A program made the position numbers and the translations under genes. The notes below the pieces were generated by a model. It had not been told where the DNA came from. It made no database searches and saw only the letters and a list, made by a program, of their open reading frames with translations. A DNA stretch of 32,000 bases from Zygophlyctis sp. KS116 (taxonomy: Eukaryota > Fungi > Chytridiomycota), in the NCBI GenBank assembly GCA_054661495.1, contig BAAFSQ010000039.1, positions 25,440 through 57,439 on the forward strand, in the 5' to 3' direction. Below, one piece after another: positions 9,758-20,994 of the stretch (the stretch's first letter is position 1; every line of letters starts with the position of its first letter).

Positions 9758-11392
9758 ATGAGACCAAGCAATTCCGAGTTTAGAAGACAGTCTCTAGTAC
9801 AAAAGGAAGTCAAGAAAATAGTAGAGGATCAAGTGGGGATCTTGGATCTAATTCCCAAGAATGCTCGGACAACCTCTAATTTTGATCGATCTGTAACATA
9901 TAAATTCTACAAGACTAGAATAGATACACATCCGCAACAACCAATGCAGAATCAAAAACAAGGGAAAATGGAAAGAGTTTCAGAATTGGTCAAGTTATAT
10001 TTTCCCTCAAAGGATTTTGCATGGTCAAGAGAATACTCTATAGATTTGCATCATGACTTTATTTCAGATTTTAAGGCTGTTTATGATAGTAAAGAGATGG
10101 AAGGAGAAAAGATTAATGATTTCACGCCAGAAACATGGGCTAGACTCTCTGCTGTACAGGAATACAAGAAGAAACAGACTAAAATTAATAATGATATTAC
10201 GGCCGATACAGAAAAGAAAAAGATTGCTCAAAAATTACCACTGATTGAGAATATTTTGTGTCTTACAGTTCAAAAGTCTCCCGAAAAGGTTTCAAAGAAA
10301 ATCAAAGATATCTTCAAGAAAATAAACAAACAGGAAGTTAAAATTGCAGTGAATGATGATGATGAATCTATTCTACCTCATGGACTAGATAAATTAAGTA
10401 AAAAAGTTCAGACAAATTATGAAAAAGTTTTATCTATTTTAATGGAATCGGCTTCAATTACAGCATCCGATCAGGCTCTATTAAATAGTACTCTTAAAAA
10501 TTTTGGAGCTTTTCATAAACTTACGAGTTCTGTATTTGAAAGAATTTGTCAATGTATCAAATTAGATATAATTCCTGCTAAAAAATGTATTTTTAAACAG
10601 AAAGATCCTGGGAATTGCTGGTATATAATTTTGCTTGGATATGTACGTATAAAAGTTGTACAAGATCTCAACACACCATTCAAAGAAATCACCGCTGCAA
10701 CTTTAGGTCCAGGAGAAGGTTTTGGAGAACAAGCCATTGTTACGGATTCGGACAGAGCTGCATCGGCATATGCAGCATCTTCTCCGACAATATTAGCTAG
10801 AATTGATAAATCAGATTATAAAAGAGTCATGAATTTTATAAGACAAATGGAAAAAAAGGAAAAATTATTCTTTTTAAAGTATGTAAAACTGTTATCAAAT
10901 TTGGATCCAATTTCTTTAAGGAATTTGGCTGATCGTATTACATTACGAAAATTTGAAATTGGACAAGCATTAATTAAAGAGTCTGAAATTTGTAATTCTG
11001 TTTATTTCATAAAATCTGGATCAGCATCTGTTTATAGAAAAGTTGAAATTTCAACAGGTAAAATCAAAGACATACTTGTAGGTAAAGTCTATAGAGGAGA
11101 TTCTGTAAATGAAGATGTTTTATTAGACCGTTCTAATTACATTGGATCATTAATAACTGTAATCGCAGATGAACCACTTGAATTTGGAGCTGTTTTAGCG
11201 TATGGGGATTTATCAACATTTCCATTCAAGTATACTAGACCAGGATATTTAAATTATACTAATAATGACTTGTTGAGATTATATTGGATCAAGGAAAACA
11301 TGAAAAAGTTTAGAAAGGTACAAACCAGATTAACAAGAGAGTTGAAGACATTTAAGTTTGATAAGAACGAAAAAAATTTGTTTTCCTTGTAA
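9758..11392 (+). CDS. Cyclic nucleotide-binding domain protein (two cNMP domains, CNBD2-like)
   Basis: The first domain has IFKQKDPGNCWYIILLG and the phosphate-binding cassette FGEQAIVTDSDRAAS. The second (LIKESEICNSVYFIKSG) has a degenerate cassette. Confidence 0.85.
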   Translation: MRPSNSEFRRQSLVQKEVKKIVEDQVGILDLIPKNARTTSNFDRSVTYKFYKTRIDTHPQQPMQNQKQGKMERVSELVKLYFPSKDFAWSREYSIDLHHDFISDFKAVYDSKEMEGEKINDFTPETWARLSAVQEYKKKQTKINNDITADTEKKKIAQKLPLIENILCLTVQKSPEKVSKKIKDIFKKINKQEVKIAVNDDDESILPHGLDKLSKKVQTNYEKVLSILMESASITASDQALLNSTLKNFGAFHKLTSSVFERICQCIKLDIIPAKKCIFKQKDPGNCWYIILLGYVRIKVVQDLNTPFKEITAATLGPGEGFGEQAIVTDSDRAASAYAASSPTILARIDKSDYKRVMNFIRQMEKKEKLFFLKYVKLLSNLDPISLRNLADRITLRKFEIGQALIKESEICNSVYFIKSGSASVYRKVEISTGKIKDILVGKVYRGDSVNEDVLLDRSNYIGSLITVIADEPLEFGAVLAYGDLSTFPFKYTRPGYLNYTNNDLLRLYWIKENMKKFRKVQTRLTRELKTFKFDKNEKNLFSL

Positions 11393-11523
11393 AATTTTTT
11401 TTCTTTCAAATTTAAATGTCTTCTGATAACCTATTTGTCGGCCGACACCTACTTTAAAGATACAAAATTGCTTATCTATGCTCTCACAATCAATAGAAAT
11501 TCAAGGACAAGGTTGGAAGAAAA

Positions 11524-13766
11524 ATGTCAAAAAGAGATTTGGCAAAAGCAGCGGCTGGAAAGTTGGTCTTGGATGTTTTATCCAATTCGTATGTAAATAA
11601 TGAGCCTGAGTCTTCCTCTGAGTCCTCCTCTTCCCCACGGGAATCCCAAAGTTTACGATTAAAAATGGCACAGGAAGATTTACTGGAAAACGTTTTTGCA
11701 AAGAATCAATTTCCTTCGGACCAAGGTTATGCGGACATTGCAAAGAAAACAAGGAAATCTGTAAAGGAGGTAATTGGATCTTTAAATTTGAATAAATTTG
11801 GTTTTTCTAAATCGTAGATCGTTTTTTGGTTTAATCAGAGAAGAGAAAAGGAAAATAATCTCAACGTGAAATGCTATAAAAGACCGCTATCTGAAAGTAT
11901 ACAAGACTCTATAATGGATGTTGATTTGGAAGTGGATTCTGAAGTGGATTCTGAAGATTCAATTCATTCTTTAAAAAATTCTGGTATGTTTTAAAGATTT
12001 TATACTAGATTTTATTCTAGTACAAAAGCAAACTAGAAAGGAAAATACGCGAATTGATATTGATCAGGATGAAATAGAGTCACCCTCTTTGAAATCAGCT
12101 GATGATTCTGTAATTAATCTTGTTTAATTTTTAGCATACTCTTGTGAAATTAGAGACAATGTTGGATCCTTTTTTGACAGTTGATGGGACTATTGCGTCG
12201 CATAATGATGTACCGCAGATTTTAAAGATTATGTCCAAGAGAAAGGATTATCTAGATAAAAATTATTGTATAGAACTTTTATCAAATCCAAGAAATTCAC
12301 GGCAGATTATGGAATCAATTTCAAAGAAAATGGGACTAATACTATTAAGAGTCTGGTTAAGTGGATCTTCTAAAGATGATAATGGAAAAGTTTTGACAGA
12401 AGTGATTTTGAAATTATTAAAACGTTTACCAACACCTTCATTTGAGGATTTAAAGCAATCTAAAATTGGAAATGCGGTCAAGTTGGCTGGTAATGTAGGA
12501 ACAATTGATGGTAATTATTCTATATTTAAAAAATAGCCAAAAATTTGGCAGATTCTATTCAAGCAAAGTGGCTGCAGGATATAAAGAAGGCTAAAGATTC
12601 TGTGCCTTCTAAAAGAACAAAGCCTGCGATTGGAGCAGGAACTGCAACAGCGGGATCACTACAAAAGCAATCTGTAACAAAAGCTGTTAAATTACCAAAT
12701 ACGAAACCCACATCAACTGTAATGCCATCTGCAAGTTCAGGTCAAGTTGAAAAGAAAACGGTAACAGCAATCAGTTTTGATATTTTTAAAAGCAATCCTG
12801 CTGCTTCGTTGCCGAAAATTAAAAAATCAGATAAACCAGTGGTTAGAAAATCTCCAGAAGTAAGTCCTACTTCACCTCAAATACCGTCTCTACCCCCTCA
12901 ACAGTCAGCATCTGAACCTTCAGCAGAAGGTAGCAATAAGTTCTCGTATCGAAAAAAGCGAGGAGTTGAAGATACTTCGGATGTTCCAAAAAAGAAGAGG
13001 AAAAGTGTTAGTTTTAAGCCTAATGATTCTTTGCTAGAGATTCGTTATTACGTACCAGATTCAAGTGAAATGGTATTTTTCATAATCTAATCAAAAGCAT
13101 ACTAGTAGTGAATCTAATCATAATTTTGACAAGGAAGAATTTACTTATGCCAAAGAACAGGCTCATATAAAAGAAACGAAAGAATGGAGCCCTCCTGAAT
13201 GTATATTCTAAATTTATAAGTTATTAGTGTATTATTTTGAAGACGATACTTCATACAATTGGGGGGATCTAAGTCAAGAAAAAATTGTGCAGACTGAGCG
13301 CGAAAAGAAAGGATTTCAGTCTCTCTACTTCAAGCTGGAAGATATTCCAGATAGCCCTGCTGAACCTGATGCTGAGAATGTCCCTCTCACCTCTGTTAAG
13401 CCTATACCTTTTGAAGAATTCTACTCCCAAAATACATCGGCAATATCTGCTGTTGCTAAGGCAGCTGAAGCAAGCCAGCGTGTGCCATCTTTTAATCCAC
13501 AAATGGGCTACAATAGCTATATGTCAGCCTTGCCAACCAATTACTTGTATCAACAGAATCAATTCCAAAATCAATTCCAACATCCAGCCCAGGGAAATCC
13601 TCCTAGATTTGTAAGCCAAAGTAATTTCTACACTGGGGGACAGCCGCAAAATAATTACTATTCTGGAAATAGTTGGGGAAGTCAAACCAATAGACCTGTT
13701 TGTCAGAACTATAAGATGGGAATATGCACTAATGGAAATCAGTGTCCTAATCTTCACACACGCTAA
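11524..13766 (+). CDS. PPP1R10: PNUTS/PPP1R10-like PP1 regulatory subunit with N-terminal homeodomain, TFIIS-N domain, RVxF motif and CCCH finger, ~688 aa, 7 exons
   Basis: Introns 11770-11817, 11984-12008 (or -12020), 12110-12134, 12511-12536, 13073-13097 and 13201-13227 give one frame. Motifs: IVFWFNQRR; LKRLP..DLKQSKIGNAVK..QAKW; KKRKSVSF; SQEKIVQTEREK...IPDSPAEPD; CQNYKMGICTNGNQCPNLH. Confidence 0.85.
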
Positions 13767-13802
13767 AAAAAACTCTAGACAACATATTCTATTCATCAAA
13801 AT

Positions 13803-15675
13803 TTACGCAGCTGATGGTTTCAGTTTTGCCAATTCTTCAGGATAGTACTAAAGTTTAGTGCTAATAAATAGACTTTACCTCTGTAACAAAAAGTTGAGCC
13901 CTTGCAGCTTCTCTGCAGGAGAGAATATTAATTACTTCATTCTGAGTTCGTGCAACATCAATCTGTTAGGTTAATTTTTTTAAAGTCATCTTACAGCTCT
14001 GTCATAGAATGAGATAGCTTCAAGTATTTTGTCTTGATGACAAAGGAGTTGAGCAAGTTGCATTAATGCGACATCACTCAATGGATCCGCCTCAACAGCT
14101 AACCTACAATTTTCTTCGGCAGATTTAGGATCCTGTTGGACTTGCAAATATAAAATAGCTAAAATATTAGAAAACAAAAATTACCCTTATTAATGTAAGC
14201 TAAAGCAGAAGAGGGCTCAAGTTTAATCGCCTTGTCCAACTCTTCCATTGCTAATAATAAATATAATTTCAAACCGTACCTTGGTCAAACTTTTGCTGAT
14301 CCAACAAAATTTCACCGTAATAATTATGAATTTCATGGCTATTTGGGAATTTCTTTAAAGCTTTTTCAAATGTCCTTTTAGTTCTTTCCGCTTCACCCAA
14401 TTTGTATTGTGCAACTCCTAATTGAATAAAGGCATAGAGGTTTTCAGGATCCAGAGAAATGGCCTTTTTATAATCACTTGCAGCTCCAGCAAAGTCTCCT
14501 ACTAAAAATCGAACTTGTCCTCTATGATAAAAAACATCAGGATGATTAGGATCTAACTGAACAGCTTCATCAAAAATCTCCACACTTTTTTCAACTTGAG
14601 CCTTTTCCATATATAATGTAGCTTTTTTAATAATTGTATTAATACTTGTTGAATCAATGCTGTAAGATTTTTCAATATCTTCTATTGCCTCATCCACTTT
14701 TCCAATCAAAAAGTTAAATGTTCCTCTTAAATTGAAAGCCAAAGCCTCAAAAGGAGGAGATAAAGAATCAACAACAGACTCCAATGCTTGATTTACACTA
14801 GACAGAGCACTATTCCAATTTCTTTCTTGAATAAATCTAAAAGCATCCTGTACTAGACCATCACATTTTTCAAAAGTCTGCATTTCCAACACCTCATTTA
14901 ATCCAGTACTTGTTTGGCGGAAAGAGTCTAGAAAAGCTCTAATAAATGTATCCGAAGGTAAAGTATATTCCTTTGTCTTCATTATTTCTTGAGCCTGTTC
15001 AGTAGCAATTTTCTTTAAGAATCTATCAGTTGCACCAAGTGAAGATTCATTCTTAAATTCTTCTAAAACACAAACTGCAGTATAATCATTAAGTGCTTGA
15101 TCTAATTTCCCTAAATGTTCATAAGCCAATGCTCTTCTACTTAATGCTTTAACATATTTCCTATCCATTTGCAAAGCCAAAGAACAATCCTGAACCACAT
15201 TTTCATAATCTTTGAGCATTGAATAACAAGCAGCTCTATTAGAATAATAAATTGGATCTGGATTCAATTCAATTGCTTGAGAATACATTTCTATAGCTTC
15301 TGTGTATCTCTGAGAAGTAAACAACTTATTTCCTCTAGCTTTAGCTTCTGCAGCAAGAGTCTTATTATCCTTGCCCTCATCTTGGACCTTGATTTCAGGT
15401 TTCTCTACTTCCTGAACCTTGTCTTGAACCAGATCTTTGACTTGTTGAACCTCTTGAACCTGCGCATTTTCTAATTCCAATGGTTTTTCTTGAATAGTTT
15501 CAACTGATGTCTCATTAGATTCAACTGATTGCATTTGAATTTCTTTCTTGATTGATTTCTTCTTTTTGACTTGGGCTTTTTGAGGTTTATTCTTTAGTAT
15601 AAAAAAGAAAAGACCTGCAACAGCTCCTGCAGCCAATGCACTCACAATAATCCCTCTTGTAGAAACCTTTTCCAT
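13803..15675 (-). CDS. TOM70: Mitochondrial import receptor TOM70, ~584 aa, 5 exons
   Basis: N-terminal anchor IIVSALAAGAVAGLFFFIL, TPR clamp AKARGNKLF...YYSNRAAC, and LPSDTFIRAFLDSF. Introns 14251-14279, 14159-14184, 13963-13994 and 13848-13878. True ATG at 15675. Confidence 0.93.
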
Positions 15676-16015
15676 TTTAAGATTTTTGGAAAAACAAATT
15701 TTTGTTGTCCCCTGGCCCACAACCTGATTTAGATTGTCAAACCTATTCCTGGGTTATTTTTATATGTAACCGAGTGTCGTACTTTGGGCACTAGGAAAAA
15801 TATGCGTGAGTAAAGCGAGCCAGTTATATTTTCTTCAAATTTGCCGGGGTTTTTCTAATCAAAGAATTCAAAAATAGAGGAGATCAGACTTTAATAATAA
15901 ATAAAAAAATACGTTTGAGATAAGACTTTCCAGATTTAAAATAACTTGTGGTGATCTGCCCAATAAATACTTATAACCTAGTGAAAGACCAAACTAGGCA
16001 CTAGGTAGTGCTATA

Positions 16016-16561
16016 ATGCATAACTTGATAAAATTTGGATTTTTAGCATGGTTAATAAATTTTGTAGCTGCCGTTCCATGTTTGATCAATGATGCTAGTG
16101 ATTCTGTGTATCTGTTTACAGAATCTGGAGACTACAAGATTCTAGATTCTATTCTTGATCTAAAAAATCCAATTTCTCTTTCAAACTCTAGAAATTTTAT
16201 TAATTTGAAATGTTTTCTTGAACAATACTCTAATTCTGGATTTTTTCTAGATCAGGAGACATTACATATTTTTAGTTTTGTAGATAAAACATGGAAAGAA
16301 ATTAAAATGTTGACTAATGGGATTTCTATAAGTGATGGGGCTATAGTACTAGATCATAATATAATACTGTTACTTTTTATGGGATTGGATATAACTCAAA
16401 ATTCTAGTAATTGGATTAAATTTAATACGTCTTTAAACACTTTATCAGACATGAATTCTTTCACGAATACTAGTAATACTACTGCAATCGAGCCTAAAAC
16501 CAATAATTCTGCAACAAAATCCCAAGGCTTATTGTTATTATTGATTTTTATAATGGTTTAA
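16016..16561 (+). CDS. Small secreted, probably GPI-anchored protein
   Basis: Signal peptide, beta-strand-rich core (CFLEQYSNSGFFL..LHIFSFVDKTW..AIVLDH), N/T/S-rich stalk and hydrophobic tail SATKSQGLLLLLIFIMV. Confidence 0.7.
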   Translation: MHNLIKFGFLAWLINFVAAVPCLINDASDSVYLFTESGDYKILDSILDLKNPISLSNSRNFINLKCFLEQYSNSGFFLDQETLHIFSFVDKTWKEIKMLTNGISISDGAIVLDHNIILLLFMGLDITQNSSNWIKFNTSLNTLSDMNSFTNTSNTTAIEPKTNNSATKSQGLLLLLIFIMV

Positions 16562-16986
16562 AATACATTTATTATTCAGTTTTAAACTATATAAAAAATT
16601 GTACTCGGAACAGATTAGAATTTTTAATGAAAACCCAGAATTTTTTTATTTGAAAAACCGCAGCTAAAAATTATAAATTCCTAGACAAAACCCAATTCTG
16701 TATCTATACTCTGGGATATAACGTTATCAATGAGGTTCCTACCGAGATGCGTTTATTGCTTTTTGCAAACTAAAAATTCCTACCCCGTTTAAAATTTTTA
16801 CTAATTTTAACAATTTTTGTAACATCCCAAAATTCGATTTTATTTTTTAATATTTTTTACCCTAACCCTACTGTTGACTAGGAATCTTCGTGACTGATCC
16901 ACCGTCTTCTGTTCTAGAACTTTTGCGACGCATCATTCACGTTCTGTTGGTGTGGTGATTAGGTCCATTCAATTGATTATTAAGTC

Positions 16987-17729
16987 ATGACGATGAATGT
17001 CAATTTTATGAATTCTTATTCTTTATACCCACTTAGTCCTTTCGCCCAAGATCCCGATAAGATTAGATCTTGTCAGGATCTTGGATACAATTCTCGCTCT
17101 TCATCTTGTACAGGATTTACCGTGAGAAATAGTTTAAGTGAATATTTAGACAATCTTTTCATGCAGCCTGTAGAAGATGATGCATTCTTCCCATCGCCTT
17201 CATCCGCTGATTTGATTCGAATTCAAGATTTGAATAGGAAGAGTTTAGAGGAATCTGATCTTACCATCAATCAAATCTCTAGTTCTGGGGATTCTAATGG
17301 ATCATTACGATACTCTGAAATCGAGTATAATATAGAGAATGATCCATTTATACAAATCCCTAAAGAAAATTCACTAGTTCCATTCATGGAATTAGGAAGT
17401 ACTGAAGCTGAAACTGCTATATATAAAGCTTCTGCAGAGATTAGTAACCTTTGTAGTTCATCTAGGGACCTAACCGGTCATGTTGAATATAAAAGATGCA
17501 ATACTCATTCTAGGAAAAATCACAAGGTAATTTAGTTGCAAGTAAATGATAGTGTGATACGTGTGGTAAAGCATTTTCGAGACCTTCTTCCTTGAAAACG
17601 CATAAATACACACATAGTGGGGAAAGACCATTCTCTTGCCCATTTGATTTTTGTAGAAAGAAATTTGCAGTTTTGTCGAATTTAAGACGGCATTTAAATC
17701 TATGCAAGCACAGGAATTGGGAGGATTAA
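16987..17729 (+). CDS. C2H2 zinc-finger transcription factor, MtfA/Loz1-like, 238 aa
   Basis: A 26-nt intron 17527-17552 joins the Ser-rich exon to an exon absent from the ORF track: [51 protein letters not shown]. Confidence 0.92.
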
Positions 17730-17902
17730 TCTTGGAATTTCTCTGAATTCTTTGTATAGTATTGATCATATCGTTTAGTTTAGAAAATCCAAGTTTGGTA
17801 TAAATGCCGTAAATGTTGGAATTTGTTTCCCGATGCATTACCTGATAATACCAATCTGTAATCTTCCGATTTATAAATTTCCCGTCCATAACTTTACTTA
17901 CA

Positions 17903-18806
17903 ATGGTCTTTCAGCATGCATCTACTACAGACATTGGGAGAAGAAGTATTCAGCAAGATGAGCATTGCGATGCTCCATTATGGGAAGGAAAAGCTCATTT
18001 CTATGGTGTCTTTGATGGTCATGGTAAAATATACAATATTAAGAAATAGGAACTGATGGTCATAAAGCAGCAGGATATGCTAAAAATAATTTCCCAAAGA
18101 TTCTCAATCAAATGCCATTCAATGAATTTTTACAAAATCCAAAAGAAATTCTAACAAATGCGTTTTCTATCGTTAATACAGGAATGAATGAAGAAACAAC
18201 TCTTGATACTTATATGTCTGGAACAACTGCTACAGTATTAATCTCTCTTCCTGAGAAAGTCATTGTTGCAAATGTTGGAGATTCACGTCTTGTGTTGGGA
18301 AAGAAGGATGGATCTGCTATTTCTCTAACAGTAGATCATACTTGTGAAATTCCAGAGGAAGTAGAAAGAGTTAAATCTTCAGGTGGTCGTATAGAACAGG
18401 CACTTATAGATGGAGTTCATGATGGTATTTTAATAGTTATATTTATAATAATTAGGACCAAAAAGAATATATAAAGGTTCTCTACCGTATCCTGGGTACA
18501 AAATTTTATGCTAATATTAGACTAGTTGTTTCAAGATCACTTGGAGATTCAGTCGCATCAAAGATTGGGGTTATATCTATCCCATATGTAGTAGAACGTA
18601 AGATTGAGTCTGATGATCAGTTATTTATTTTAGGATCTGATGGATTATGGGATGGTATTAGTAATTCAGAAGCAGTTAAACTAATTCAGCCATATTTAGA
18701 TATTGACTTATCTCTCGCGTCATCAATATTGACTGATGCAGCTCTTGCTGGATTAGATAAAATCCAAATTGATGATAATATCACAAATATACTGATTCGA
18801 TTATAA
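17903..18806 (+). CDS. PP2C (PPM) Ser/Thr phosphatase, 273 aa, 4 exons
   Basis: Introns 18024-18049, 18425-18455 and 18496-18520. Motifs GRRSIQQD, GVFDGHG, SGTTA, ANVGDSR, SRSLGD, GSDGLWD and DNIT. Confidence 0.95.
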
Positions 18807-18830
18807 AGCGTTTCTGAGAACCCTAAAGTA

Positions 18831-20934
18831 ATGAAAGACTTGAGAGTCTTGCAGAAAGGTATTCTAGCGCATGATGAAACTAATAGAGTCCATTCAGGCA
18901 ATGTTGTCTTTTAATGGCACATCTGCAGGCGACGGTCTATGGAAAGTTTTGATTTATGACAAATTGGGACAAGATGTGATTTCTCCGTTGCTAAAAGTGA
19001 ATGAGCTTCGGGAATCTGGTATTACTGTTCACCTGCCGCTTGATAAGGAAAGGTATCCAATCTCAGATGTTCCTGCGGTATATTTTGTGACTCCAAATTT
19101 AGATAATTTACAGAGAATCGCATCGGTAAGTTTTGGTTAGCCAATGATAGGATTTGGAAAAGAAATTATATGATTCTTATTATATTAATTTTTGTCATTC
19201 AATTCCTCGTCAATTATTAGAGGAATTTGCAACAATGACTCTCGCTGCTAAAACGGCAGGAGCTGTTGCACAAGTCTATGATCAGTATCTAGATTTTGTT
19301 TGCTTAGAATCAAATCTTTTTTCATTACAAATGAAAGACTCGTATCATACAATTAATGATGTACATTCTACTGAAAGTGTTATAGCGGCATTTACGGATA
19401 GAATTGTATCTTCATTGTTTTCAGTAGTAATTACGATGGGTAATATCAATAATTCTAAGGAATAGGAGTTATTCCGGTGATCAGATGTGAAAGAGGATCA
19501 GTAGCAGAGGCTGTGGCAGTGAAGTTGGATTCAAAATTAAGAGATCATTTGCTAAATTCAAAGTCAAATATCTCGGCAGAGTTTTCTGGAAAGTCTCTTT
19601 CTCGCCCATGTAAACAGGAAATTTACTTATCTTTTAGTACTTTTATTGGTCGATAGAATGATGGATATTTCTTCAATGTTGACACATACTTGGACATATT
19701 CTACACTGGTTCACGATGTTTTGAATATGGAATTAAATAGAGTGGTTGTTACAGTAAGAAATTTATAGAAAAATTAATTTTAAGACTGATTCTGGACGAA
19801 AAATTTATGATGTAGACTCTACTGATCCATTTTGGCTAAAAAATGCAGGAAATCCATTTCCTCAAGTAGCAGAAGAAGTAGATCAGGAAATTAATAAATA
19901 TAAAAAAGAGGTGGATGAAGTTACAAAGTCTTGTGGAGTCAGTTCTATAGAAGAAGTAGATCCTAATGATTTCACTGGTGGAGCAAAAGGACTATCTGCT
20001 GCTTTAAATAAGTTGCCTCAGTTAACTCTGAGGAAAAAATCTTTAGATATGCATATGAATATTGCTACAAATTTGTTCAAAGTAATTCAAGAGCGTCATT
20101 TAGATTCCTTTTTTTCATTGGAAGAATCTATCGGGAAGATGGTAATTAATATAATTTAAAAATACAGAATAAGTCAACTTTATTGGAAGTAATAAATGAT
20201 GCTACAAAATCTGCAGAGGATAAAATTAGGCTTTTTGTTGTATATTTCCTCTCTCATGACGAAATACCAAAGGCTGATCTTGCTGAATACGAATCAGCAT
20301 TAACTGCTGCTGGATGTGAAATCACAATTTTGAATTATATCAAACAGTAATTTTTTAAAGAATCAATCTTAGAGTGCGGATGTTTAATAAAATGGCTACA
20401 ACTATCTCAACGCAAGAATCGAAAACCACGCCGACGGGAAATGATTTCCTTGGAAACTTGACCTCGCTAGGTAGCAAGGTATCGTCTTTAGTCACTTAAA
20501 AAAGGTTGCGGATCATTTGCAGTCATCTGGAGTTTCGAATAGATTTGAAAGTCTAATTTCTAGCGTGAAGAACTTATTACCAACACGAAAAGATCTTCCT
20601 GTTACGAGGATACTTCAGGATCTATTAGATGTAACATCTAGCTCAACAGAAATGGAAGAATATCTTTATCTGGATCCCAAACTTTCAAAATCCTCATTAT
20701 CAAAAATAGATAAAAGTAAGATGTTCTTTAATGATGCAATTGTTTTTATGATTGGAGGAGGAAATTACTTAGAGTATCAAAATTTGATGGATTGTTCATC
20801 AGTAAGATTTATAAATATTTAAATAATAGCGGTTTCCTGGGCAGAAAAGAAATATTGTTTATGGATCCACCGAATTTCTTACAGCATCGGCTTTTTTGAG
20901 TCAGTTGGAACGCTTAGGAAAAGGCCGGTTATAA
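18831..20934 (+). CDS. SLY1: Sec1/Munc18 family protein SLY1 (SCFD1), ~619 aa, 10 exons
   Basis: [45 protein letters not shown] and [11 protein letters not shown]. Introns 18859-18886, 19126-19150, 19440-19465, 19610-19637, 19754-19784, 20142-20167, 20347-20372, 20479-20504 and 20802-20829. Confidence 0.95.
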
Positions 20935-20994
20935 TTATAAGAGGACATCAAATGATTAAAAATGAAAATATAATATAAATCATCCAAGATGTTT

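Noticed and set aside
15676-15720. GTG-initiated N-terminal extension of TOM70 (and other GTG/TTG starts in the ORF track)
   Set aside because: Artefact of prokaryotic start rules; these pieces are internal exons or have a downstream ATG.
17553-17729. C2HC ending of the second zinc finger as a novelty
   Set aside because: A terminal Cys in the second finger also occurs in MtfA-type fungal factors, so it is ordinary for the family.
17470-17889. 139-aa minus-strand ORF
   Set aside because: Antisense to the clear zinc-finger exon, with no recognisable motifs; probably a shadow ORF.
7050-20934. Pseudogenes, programmed frameshifts or stop-codon reassignment explaining the broken ORFs
   Set aside because: Every break is resolved by a GT-AG intron that restores conserved motifs under the standard code.
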